A DNA stretch of 41,579 nt, from positions 1 to 41,579 of IMG/VR virus record IMGVR_UViG_3300016478_000061, one strand, 5' to 3'. The position numbers and the translations under genes were made by a program. The notes under the pieces were generated by a model that did not search any database, was not told where the DNA came from, and worked only from the letters and a program-made list of their open reading frames with translations. Source of the stretch: a virus. Taxonomy: Duplodnaviria; Caudoviricetes. Below, piece after piece: positions 34,149 through 41,579 of the stretch (positions are counted from its first letter, which is position 1; each line of letters opens with the position of its first letter).

Positions 34149-34340
34149 ATGATTGACGAGGCTAATGAAAAGCAACCCATTCACGACTCCGACTGCTCAA
34201 CCAACAATCGCGGCGTGCCGGAACTGCTGGGGGCGTGTGATTGCTCAGCGTCAAATGTCAAGCTAGGCTGCACTGATGAGCGACCATGCGTGAATTGTTT
34301 CTCCGGGTGCGGAGAGTGCTTAGTCAGGGTAGAGGATTAA
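34149..34340 (+). CDS. Cys-rich small protein (63 aa, 8 Cys)
   Basis: GAGGAG RBS; HDSDC...CDC...C..CxxC...CxxC. Confidence 0.65.
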   Translation: MIDEANEKQPIHDSDCSTNNRGVPELLGACDCSASNVKLGCTDERPCVNCFSGCGECLVRVED

Positions 34341-34343
34341 CCC

Positions 34344-34739
34344 ATGGCGGCCGTCGCCTTCGTCCCTGCCGACTTCAAGGCGGCTTATCCTGAGTTCAGC
34401 GCGGTGCCTGATGCCACGCTGAATGGTTATTTCGTGCGGTCGCAGCTATTCCTTGCCAACGAGGATTGCCCGGTACAGGACGGGGATAAGCGCCTGATGC
34501 TGTTCTGGCTGCTGGTGGCGCACATTGCCCAACTGTCTGGTGCGCTGAACCCTGGCGGCATTCCTGGACCTGTCGGGCGTACCTCCAGCGCCACCGAGGG
34601 CAGCGTAAGTGTGTCGCTGGAGTTCAACTCCAGCATGGGCGCATCATGGTTCACTCAGACCAGTTACGGGGCCTCCTTCTGGCAGGCGACCGCCTATCTG
34701 CGCTCCTTCCGTTACGTGGCAAGGCTGACGAGGTATTAA
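34344..34739 (+). CDS. Head-tail adaptor (DUF4054)
   Basis: F...YPEF, LLVAH, VGR.SSATEGSVSVS and WF.QT.YG..FW motifs. Confidence 0.88.
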   Translation: MAAVAFVPADFKAAYPEFSAVPDATLNGYFVRSQLFLANEDCPVQDGDKRLMLFWLLVAHIAQLSGALNPGGIPGPVGRTSSATEGSVSVSLEFNSSMGASWFTQTSYGASFWQATAYLRSFRYVARLTRY

Positions 34740-34740
34740 C

Positions 34741-35277
34741 ATGGCAACCCTGAGCGGCGGTGACAAGTTGGCCAAGATACTGGCCGAGATCGGCGGTAAG
34801 GCGCAAGGTTCTGTCGATGTTGGCTTCATGTCTGGCGCCACCTACCCAGATGGGACGCCAGTTGCTCAGGTGGCATTTTGGAATGAGTTCGGCCACGGCG
34901 GACGTTTCCCCGCCCCGCCGCGCCCGTTCTTCCGCAACATGGTCAACGAGAAATCCAGCGAGTGGCCAAAGCGACTTGGCGACGCGATCAAGTATTATGA
35001 AGGGGATGGCCGCAAGGCGCTTGCCGGTATGGGTGAGGCGATCAGCGATGATCTGGCTGAAAGCATCATCAACACCAACGAGCCCGCATTATCCAAAACA
35101 ACTCTGATGTTGCGCTCCATCTACGGCAACAACCCGCAAGAGATTCGAGCGCGTGACGTTCTGGCGGCGCAAGAGCTTGTAGAGGAAGGGTTTCAAGGGG
35201 CTGGTGGAAGCCAGGCCAAGCCGCTGGTGTGGACCGGCCACATGCTCAACAGCATCACCTATGAGGTGAAAGAATGA
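34741..35277 (+). CDS. Neck/tail completion protein
   Basis: VGF..GATYPDG..VA.VA..NEFG, PPRPFFR and KPLV.TG.M..SI motifs. Confidence 0.82.
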   Translation: MATLSGGDKLAKILAEIGGKAQGSVDVGFMSGATYPDGTPVAQVAFWNEFGHGGRFPAPPRPFFRNMVNEKSSEWPKRLGDAIKYYEGDGRKALAGMGEAISDDLAESIINTNEPALSKTTLMLRSIYGNNPQEIRARDVLAAQELVEEGFQGAGGSQAKPLVWTGHMLNSITYEVKE

Positions 35278-35648
35278 ACCTCCGCGCCATCGCCAACTCG
35301 GCGACGCAATCCATCAACCCCAACACGCCTGTCACAGTTAAGGTGTCCAGCGGTTACACCATCGACCCAGCAGCCCGGCGCCAAGTGCCCGCCTACGCCA
35401 TCGAGACGGGCCAGGCCAACATCCAGGCGCTGGACGGTAAGGATCTCAAACAGATGGACGGGCTGAACATCCAAGGCACCATACGCGCCGCCTACCTGTA
35501 CGGCAATCTGGCCGGGGTGGTGCGCCCTGATAGCAAGGGCGGCGATCTGGTCGAGTTCAACGGCCAGAGCTGGCTTGTCGTAAAAGTGCTGGAGACTTGG
35601 CCGGACTGGTGCAAGGTGGCTATTGCTTACCAGGGAGCCGCAGCATGA
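35274..35648 (+). CDS. Head closure/stopper protein
   Basis: Synteny; R...KGGDL and WLVV.VLE.WPDWC motifs. Confidence 0.75.
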   Translation: MNLRAIANSATQSINPNTPVTVKVSSGYTIDPAARRQVPAYAIETGQANIQALDGKDLKQMDGLNIQGTIRAAYLYGNLAGVVRPDSKGGDLVEFNGQSWLVVKVLETWPDWCKVAIAYQGAAA

Positions 35649-36163
35649 GCGCCATGCCAAGCATCACCATCGACAACGTGATCGCCGCGCTGGCGGATTT
35701 TCTGGATCCGCTGATGCCAGCCGGTACGCAGATAGTGCGCGCCCAGGTCAACCGCGTCGCCATGCCTGAGCCTCCGTGCATTGTGCTGACCGAGATGGGG
35801 CAGTATGACCTTGCCGCCACCCGCAACACCTACGACATGGTGACCGGCGCAGACTTCCAGCGCTCAACCCGCATTGACGTCCAGATCGACTTCTATGGCG
35901 GCCAGGCTGGCGAGATGTGCAACACAGCCAAGACCCTGCTGCGGAGCTCCTACGGCCCGGACAACTTCCCGGACAACATCAAGCCGCTGTACTGCTCTGA
36001 TGGCATCCAGGCCCCGCTCATCACCGGCGAGGAACAGTACGAGGCTCGTTGGACGATAACCGCCTCGATGCAGTACAATCCTGTCATCAACGTGGCTGCC
36101 GAGCAGTTCAACACCGTTGGTGAAACATCGGTGATCGCAGCCGATTTACTCAACCCTGCATAA
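35645..36163 (+). CDS. Tail terminator / neck protein
   Basis: ATGA coupling; Q.NRV..P, Q.DFYG, PLY and E.QYE.RW motifs; precedes the sheath. Confidence 0.78.
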   Translation: MSAMPSITIDNVIAALADFLDPLMPAGTQIVRAQVNRVAMPEPPCIVLTEMGQYDLAATRNTYDMVTGADFQRSTRIDVQIDFYGGQAGEMCNTAKTLLRSSYGPDNFPDNIKPLYCSDGIQAPLITGEEQYEARWTITASMQYNPVINVAAEQFNTVGETSVIAADLLNPA

Positions 36164-36173
36164 GGAGAAGGCG

Positions 36174-37652
36174 ATGCCTATCCCAGTCAGTCAAATTGTC
36201 ACCGTCAACCCGGCGGTGGTCGGGACGGGTGGCAACCCGCTTTCCCTCAACGCCGTGTTTCTGGATGATGGCCTGACCACGCCCGTGTCCAGCTTGCTGA
36301 GCTTCCCCGATCAGGAAAGTGTCGGCGACTACTACGGGTTCAACTCCGCCCAGTATTCGCTGGCTGGGCTCTATTTCAACGGCCCGGACAACAGCCTGAA
36401 AAAGCCCGGCACCCTGTTCTTCGGTGGCTATGCCGCCGCAGCTCGCGCCGCCTGGCTGCGTGGCCAAGCGCTGGCGCTCACCCTGGAGCAGGTCAAGGCC
36501 ATCACTGGCACCCTGACAGTGACTATCGACGGCACAGCCTTCACTGATGCCAGTGTTGATCTGTCCGCCGCTACCAGCTTCACCAATGCCGCCACCCTGC
36601 TGACCACCGGCCTCGCGCTCACCGGTTCCGCTGCTGTGACTTGGGATGCCACCTCCTCCCGATTCGTTGTCACCTCCGGCACCACTGGCGCAACCTCAAC
36701 CATCACCCAGGCAACCGGCACCGCTGCCGAGCCGCTGGGCTTGTCAGCTGGCATCCTGTCTCAGGGTGTGGATGCGGACACCCCGGCCACCGCCATGGCG
36801 CGCATCAAGGACCAGTCCTACAACTGGGCCAACTTCACCACCGTGTTTGAGTGCGACCTGGCCGAGCATGAAGGTTTTGCGCAGTGGGTCAATACCCAGA
36901 ACAAGGGCTATGCCTACATCGCGTGGGACAATGATGCCGGTTACAAGACCACCAACAACGCCGCTGTTTTCGGATCCATCGTGGACGCCTTGAACTATGA
37001 TGGCACCTTGGTGATCTACGGCGAGGCAGAACATGCCGCCGCCGCATGTGGCTGGGCAGGATCTATCGATTGGCAGGCCGTCAACGGTCGCAGCACCCTG
37101 GCCTTCCGCCAGTTCTCTGGTCTGGAACCCTCTATTTCCAGCCTGGCTGATGCCGCTGCCGTGCTGTCCAACAACTCCAGCTACTACGGCGCCTACGTAG
37201 ATCGCGGCGAGGGCAACGAATACAGCATCATGTATGACGGGCAGATGAACGGATCCACCTTCAAGTGGGCTGACTCCTTCATGGCTCAGTTGTACCTGAA
37301 TGCCCAGCTTCGCCTGTCCATGTTCAATGGCCTGTTGTCCGTCAACTCTGCGCCGTACAACGCGCTCGGCAACAGCCTTATCCGCGCATGGTGCCAAGAC
37401 CCCATCGACGAGGCGCTGAACAACGGCACTATTCGCACCGGCGTCCAACTCAGCAACTCGCAGAAGGCCACCATCGCCCAGCAAGCAGGGCTGGATATCA
37501 GCTCTGACCTGCAAAGCAAGGGCTATTACTTGCAGATCCTGCCAGCTACCGCCCAGGTGCGCGGTCAGCGCCAGAGCCCGCCCGTCAAACTGTGGTACAC
37601 CGACGGCGGCAGCATCCAGCAAATCACCCTGGCGTCTATCGCCGTACTTTAA
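36174..37652 (+). CDS. Tail sheath protein (DUF3383)
   Basis: IP.SQIV.VNP, TLAFRQ.SGL, PYN..G and R..SPP..LWYTDGGSIQ.I motifs. Confidence 0.92.
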   Translation: MPIPVSQIVTVNPAVVGTGGNPLSLNAVFLDDGLTTPVSSLLSFPDQESVGDYYGFNSAQYSLAGLYFNGPDNSLKKPGTLFFGGYAAAARAAWLRGQALALTLEQVKAITGTLTVTIDGTAFTDASVDLSAATSFTNAATLLTTGLALTGSAAVTWDATSSRFVVTSGTTGATSTITQATGTAAEPLGLSAGILSQGVDADTPATAMARIKDQSYNWANFTTVFECDLAEHEGFAQWVNTQNKGYAYIAWDNDAGYKTTNNAAVFGSIVDALNYDGTLVIYGEAEHAAAACGWAGSIDWQAVNGRSTLAFRQFSGLEPSISSLADAAAVLSNNSSYYGAYVDRGEGNEYSIMYDGQMNGSTFKWADSFMAQLYLNAQLRLSMFNGLLSVNSAPYNALGNSLIRAWCQDPIDEALNNGTIRTGVQLSNSQKATIAQQAGLDISSDLQSKGYYLQILPATAQVRGQRQSPPVKLWYTDGGSIQQITLASIAVL

Positions 37653-37664
37653 GGAGAGACGACC

Positions 37665-38102
37665 ATGGCTCGTACTATTACCAGCGCGGACAGCGTTTTT
37701 ATCCTGAGTTCGGCAGACTTCGCGCTGGCTGCCACTCAGATCCAGGGGTATGCCGCAGACGCAGCCTTTGCCACTGACGAGGCGGACACGGCTGAGGTTG
37801 TGCTCGGGGTTGATGGCGTCATGTCTGCCGGCTGGGTGCCGCGCATGTACACCCAGACCATCACCCTGCAGGCCGACTCACCGAGCATCGATATCTTCGA
37901 TGCCATCGTCCTGGCCCAGGATAACAACAAGACCCCGTTCAGATTGGGAGGTGTCATCACGCTACCCGGCACCCAGCGTTCCTACACGCTGTCGCGTGGC
38001 GTGCTGATCAGCTACACATCGATCCCGAATGCCCAACGCACTATGCAACCAAGAACGTTCAAGATCGCATGGGAAAGCGTCCTGCCGACCCCTCTGGTAT
38101 AA
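37665..38102 (+). CDS. Tail tube protein
   Basis: Follows the sheath; TITSA, QG.AAD, GVDG..SAG and ITLQADSPS motifs. Confidence 0.88.
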   Translation: MARTITSADSVFILSSADFALAATQIQGYAADAAFATDEADTAEVVLGVDGVMSAGWVPRMYTQTITLQADSPSIDIFDAIVLAQDNNKTPFRLGGVITLPGTQRSYTLSRGVLISYTSIPNAQRTMQPRTFKIAWESVLPTPLV

Positions 38103-38107
38103 TCCCC

Positions 38108-38137
38108 GGGCGGCCAGATGGTCGCCCTCCTTTTTCT
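38108..38137 (+). terminator. Hairpin/partial terminator after the tube gene
   Basis: GGGCGGCC-AGAT-GGTCGCCC followed by TCCTTTTT. Confidence 0.6.
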
Positions 38138-38151
38138 GACGACGAGATGAG

Positions 38152-38544
38152 ATGATGAGACGCACCGAGACAGTAAAAATCACCGAAGGCCGCGACGCTG
38201 GCAAGAAATTCATGATCACCGAGATGGCGGCGGAGGCTGCTGAGTGGTGGGCCTTCCGAGCGCTGCAGGCAGTTGCCGGATCCGGCGCAGATCTGGATCT
38301 GCAAGCCCCACTTGCCGAGATGGCCCGCCAAGGCATCAAGGCATTGGCCTGCGTAGGCCCTGACCAAGCCAAGCCGCTGCTGGACGAAATGATGTCCTGC
38401 GTCCAAATCCTGGTGCCGGCCACCCAGAAGCCGCGCCCCCTGCTGGATGGTGACATCGAGGACGTAAAGACCAGATTCATGCTTCGCAAGGCGGTGATGG
38501 AATTGCACCTGGGTTTTTCTACCGGTGGCGAAGAGCAGATTTAA
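38152..38544 (+). CDS. Tail assembly chaperone (G-like)
   Basis: Between tube and tape measure; GRDAGK.F.ITEM motif. Confidence 0.85.
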   Translation: MMRRTETVKITEGRDAGKKFMITEMAAEAAEWWAFRALQAVAGSGADLDLQAPLAEMARQGIKALACVGPDQAKPLLDEMMSCVQILVPATQKPRPLLDGDIEDVKTRFMLRKAVMELHLGFSTGGEEQI

Positions 38545-38756
38545 CAGTCGCCGAGCAAGCCGGAGGAAAAGGGGTCGAGATGGCCCCTTATTCAAACACC
38601 CCCGGCATCATCGCCACCCTGGTTTCAGCACGGCTCGCCACTCTCCACGAACTGCAGACGATTTACGGCCCCTATGATGCCTATCGGATGCTAGAGATCC
38701 ACCAGATTGACCAACTGAACATGGCCCGTGTACGCGCTTCTGGTGCGACAGGGTAG
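38511..38756 (+). CDS. Chaperone T-like extension via -1 frameshift at G GGT TTT (or a separate ORF 38580-38756)
   Basis: Slippery heptamer at 38511-38517; the -1 frame is open to TAG 38756 (ATLHELQTIYG motif). Confidence 0.78.
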   Translation, partial: GFFYRWRRADLTVAEQAGGKGVEMAPYSNTPGIIATLVSARLATLHELQTIYGPYDAYRMLEIHQIDQLNMARVRASGATG

Positions 38757-38764
38757 GAGGCCGC

Positions 38765-40402
38765 ATGGCAACAGTGATTGATAGCCTGATCGTGACCCTG
38801 GGGCTGGACAACAAAGACTTCCAGCAGGGCATGAAGGACACCGAAAAGGGGCTGTCCGACACCCGCAAGAAAACTGACAGGGTGGGTAAGCAGATCGCCG
38901 CCTCCGGCAAGGATGCTGCCGAGTTCTTTGGCCAGATGCAGCGTTCGGCCATCAAGTTCTTTGCCGTGCTCACCGCTGGCAGGGGGCTAATCAACTTCAC
39001 CCGCGATGTGGTCACCACTGGCGCAAATCTGTCCCGCCTGTCCAAGAACCTGAACATCTCCGCTGATACCATGCACCGCTGGGGCAAAGCCAGCGAGCTG
39101 AACGGCGGCAGCATGGAGGGGTTTCTTGGTGCTCTTCAAGATCTTAATGGGCAAATAACAGAAATCCAGATGGCTGGGACCAGCTCCATGGTTCCTTATT
39201 TCAGGCAGCTTGGCGTAAGCATTGTGGATGCCGCTGGGAATGCCAAATCATCAGTTAAAATTTATGAAGACGTAGCGGACGCAGTTGGGAAAATATACAA
39301 GAATCAAAATGAACGATACGCCTACCTAAAAAGGATGGGCATTGCCGATGAGGGATTGGTTAACCTCATGGCCAAGGGTGGCAAGGAGCTGCGTGCAACT
39401 CTGGCAGCCCAGCAGGGGTTCAGCCAGAAGGACGCTGACGCCGCATACAAGGCAGAGCAGACTTGGATAAAGGCCCAGCAGCGACTGGAGAAGATGACCA
39501 GAGATCTGGTGATCAAGGTGCTGCCATCGCTTGAACGCCTGGCCGAGTCGTTCGTCAAAATGGCCGAGGTCATCATTCCTCCATTGTCCAAAGCTGTTGA
39601 GATATTCGCCGAGCTTGACGAGAAAACTGACGGGTGGAGCACGTCGCTGATATTGGCGTTGGCCACGCTTCGCCTGCTTGGCGGTTCCGCTGTGATTGGT
39701 GGCATCGCGTCCCTGTCCGCAACCATTGCCGGCCTGGCTGCTGGCGCTGCGTCTCTGGCGGCCCCGCTGGGCTTCCTACTCCACTCCGGAGGGCTGAACA
39801 AGGGCGAGGATGAGGAGATCCGCAAGCTGCAGGGCGACAACTACATGGGGCCGACAGTTGCCAACAAGCCGGGGACATCAGTGCCAGAAAGGCACAACAA
39901 TCCAGGGGCGATGATATTTGCGGGCCAGAGAGGAGCCACAAAAGGAGAGACGATAAACGGCCACACCTTCGCCAGGTTCAAGAGCACCGAGGAAGGCGTT
40001 GCGGCCCTGTACCGCCAGTTGCAGCTGTACCAGAAGCGCGGCATTGATACCCTGACCGAGATCATGGGCGTCTATGCCCCGGAGGGTTCCAACGATACCA
40101 GCGCCTATATCAAGGCGCTATCGAAGACAACCGGGCTTGACCCGAACCAGCAACTCAACTTTGGCGACCCGGCAACGGCTGCCGCCATGATCCGGGGCAT
40201 CAGCCAGCACGAGGCAGGCAAATCCTACCTTAGCGACCAGCAGATCCTGAGCGGCATCAGCATGGCGCAGGGTGGGGGTGGCGGTAGCCAAAGCGTGAGC
40301 ATCGGGCAGATCACCGTGAACACGGCAGCTAAGGATGCCCGGGGGATTGCGTCGGGACTAAAAGGGGAGATTGTGCGGCAGTTTGATGCGGGGTTGAGGT
40401 GA
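38765..40402 (+). CDS. Tape measure protein with C-terminal lytic-like domain
   Basis: IDSL.V.LGLD start, helical body, and RHNNPG...FARF....G..A...L..Y...YAP...NDT.AY domain. Confidence 0.88.
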   Translation: MATVIDSLIVTLGLDNKDFQQGMKDTEKGLSDTRKKTDRVGKQIAASGKDAAEFFGQMQRSAIKFFAVLTAGRGLINFTRDVVTTGANLSRLSKNLNISADTMHRWGKASELNGGSMEGFLGALQDLNGQITEIQMAGTSSMVPYFRQLGVSIVDAAGNAKSSVKIYEDVADAVGKIYKNQNERYAYLKRMGIADEGLVNLMAKGGKELRATLAAQQGFSQKDADAAYKAEQTWIKAQQRLEKMTRDLVIKVLPSLERLAESFVKMAEVIIPPLSKAVEIFAELDEKTDGWSTSLILALATLRLLGGSAVIGGIASLSATIAGLAAGAASLAAPLGFLLHSGGLNKGEDEEIRKLQGDNYMGPTVANKPGTSVPERHNNPGAMIFAGQRGATKGETINGHTFARFKSTEEGVAALYRQLQLYQKRGIDTLTEIMGVYAPEGSNDTSAYIKALSKTTGLDPNQQLNFGDPATAAAMIRGISQHEAGKSYLSDQQILSGISMAQGGGGGSQSVSIGQITVNTAAKDARGIASGLKGEIVRQFDAGLR

Positions 40403-40440
40403 GGGGAGGGCGCGTGGCCAGATACCCCGCCAGCGCCTTT

Positions 40441-40454
40441 TGTGCAATAATCCC
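40441..40454 (+). promoter_or_regulatory. Putative extended -10 promoter of the baseplate genes
   Basis: TGTGCAATAATCCC, near-identical to 7233-7246 (minus strand). Confidence 0.5.
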
Positions 40455-40489
40455 AACAGCAAGCCGACAAGGCAAACCAAGGAGTCAAC

Positions 40490-41092
40490 ATGGCCGGAAT
40501 ACCAGGCTTCCCAGTTCTCAAGAGCGGCAAGATACCGGCGCCGATCACCAGCGTACTCAGCTCGGCCCTCGGGTCGCTGTGGTCAGCGCTGTTCCCAGGC
40601 GACAAGTGGGGCATCTTCGAGCCGGGTAAGGAAGATGGCCCGGTGATGGTGGATTCCATCGTGGAGATGGGCATCAACGGATCCGCCGAGGCGTCCAGTT
40701 ATCCCATCGAGAGCGGCAGCTTCACCAGCTACAACAAAGTGCGCAACCCTGGCATGCTGATACTGAGGGTAACGAAGGAAGGGCGAGCTTCAACCCGTTC
40801 CTATATCACTGACTGGCTGCAAGAAAACCTGAACCTGCCCACCCAGTGGGATATCGTCATGCCCGAGAAGCGATACAGCGGATATACGCTGGTTGAGTAT
40901 CGGATCCTGCGCGGGGCGTCCAGCGGGGCCGGGATGATTGTCGCCGATCTGATGATGCAGGAAGTGCGCGAGACCCAGGTGGTCTACAGCAACAGCAAGA
41001 TCGCCGACCCGAACAACGTACCGCCCACGCCAACCGCCCGGGTGCAGCTTGGCGAGGCAATAGAGCCTATCCAGGAAATCCAATGGCAATAG
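40490..41092 (+). CDS. Tail tube initiator / Dit-like baseplate protein
   Basis: WGIF, S.YPIE.GSF.SYNKV..P and EVR motifs; follows the tape measure. Confidence 0.78.
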   Translation: MAGIPGFPVLKSGKIPAPITSVLSSALGSLWSALFPGDKWGIFEPGKEDGPVMVDSIVEMGINGSAEASSYPIESGSFTSYNKVRNPGMLILRVTKEGRASTRSYITDWLQENLNLPTQWDIVMPEKRYSGYTLVEYRILRGASSGAGMIVADLMMQEVRETQVVYSNSKIADPNNVPPTPTARVQLGEAIEPIQEIQWQ

Positions 41093-41382
41093 AGCAAATC
41101 CCACTTCGGCCAGTGCCAGCCCAAACCGTGCAGGTCACGCTTGCTGGCCAGCCGGTCACGCTGTATCTGCGCCAGCTTGGCGGGCGCCAGTACCTGAGCG
41201 CATCATGGGCCGGGCAAGTGCTGTGCGACACCGTTCTGATGGTCAATCGGTCGGCCATCATCCGCGCGGCGTACACCGGATTTGTTGGTGACATCGCAGT
41301 CTATGACACGCAGGGCGACGATGCGCCCGACTACACAGGATGGGGCAGCCGGTGGCAACTTCTTTTCAATCCAGAGGCTTGA
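41083..41382 (+). CDS. Small baseplate protein (99 aa)
   Basis: IPL..VP.Q...V.L.GQ, Y.GF.GD and P.YTG.G.RW.L motifs. Confidence 0.78.
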   Translation: MAIEQIPLRPVPAQTVQVTLAGQPVTLYLRQLGGRQYLSASWAGQVLCDTVLMVNRSAIIRAAYTGFVGDIAVYDTQGDDAPDYTGWGSRWQLLFNPEA

Positions 41383-41579
41383 GGTTCACCTTCAAGATGC
41401 GCACGGGGTCATTCGCTGGCCCCGGCGAGCCTGACACCGTTGTCTATGAGGGGTTCCGCTCGTCCGTGCAGATAAACGCACCTGGCGGCTGGCAGTTTGC
41501 CACGGCGCGGATCAGTATCAAGGGCCTGGCGCAAGATGTCATGAACCGCCTGACGATCATCAATTACGTGAACACCGAG
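41352..41579 (+). CDS. Baseplate hub protein, N-terminal part (continues at 1-660)
   Basis: GTG start (alternative ATG at 41340). MATSFQSRGLRFTF...VNTE is open to the window end and in frame with base 1. Confidence 0.78.
   Translation, partial: MATSFQSRGLRFTFKMRTGSFAGPGEPDTVVYEGFRSSVQINAPGGWQFATARISIKGLAQDVMNRLTIINYVNTE

Overview
This looks like a complete, circularly permuted ~41.6 kb genome of a contractile-tailed (myovirus) phage. The ORF running off the 3' end (41352-41579) continues in frame into base 1. The structural module is Bcep781/OP2-like: TerS, TerL, DUF1073 portal, gp7-like protein, DUF2213 protease/scaffold, decoration protein, DUF2184 capsid, DUF3383 sheath, tube, frameshifted chaperone, tape measure with lytic domain, baseplate and a tailspike-like fibre. 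Replication/recombination genes are T1-like: primase-helicase, SF2 helicase, VRR-NUC, SSB and RecE/RecT. There is also an MT-A70 methyltransferase and a reverse-strand lysis cassette. I saw no integrase, CI repressor, tRNA or CRISPR. A gammaproteobacterial host, probably Aeromonas, is inferred from recall only. The most interesting signals are non-coding or recoding. (1) A ~137-nt sRNA with its own promoter and terminator is built from repeated anti-Shine-Dalgarno/GU-rich seeds complementary to the phage's own CACAGGAGA ribosome-binding sites. (2) A ~235-nt structured RNA upstream of terS carries an 11-13 nt complement of the 16S rRNA 3' end with no start codon, making it the mirror image of (1). 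(3) A c4/CI-like three-way-junction leader has a loop antisense to its own RBS. (4) Two unrelated genes are interrupted by an in-frame TAG in the same GAYTAGCTGG context. (5) In a two-gene operon, both genes need a -1 shift. All family assignments come from motif recognition, not database searches.
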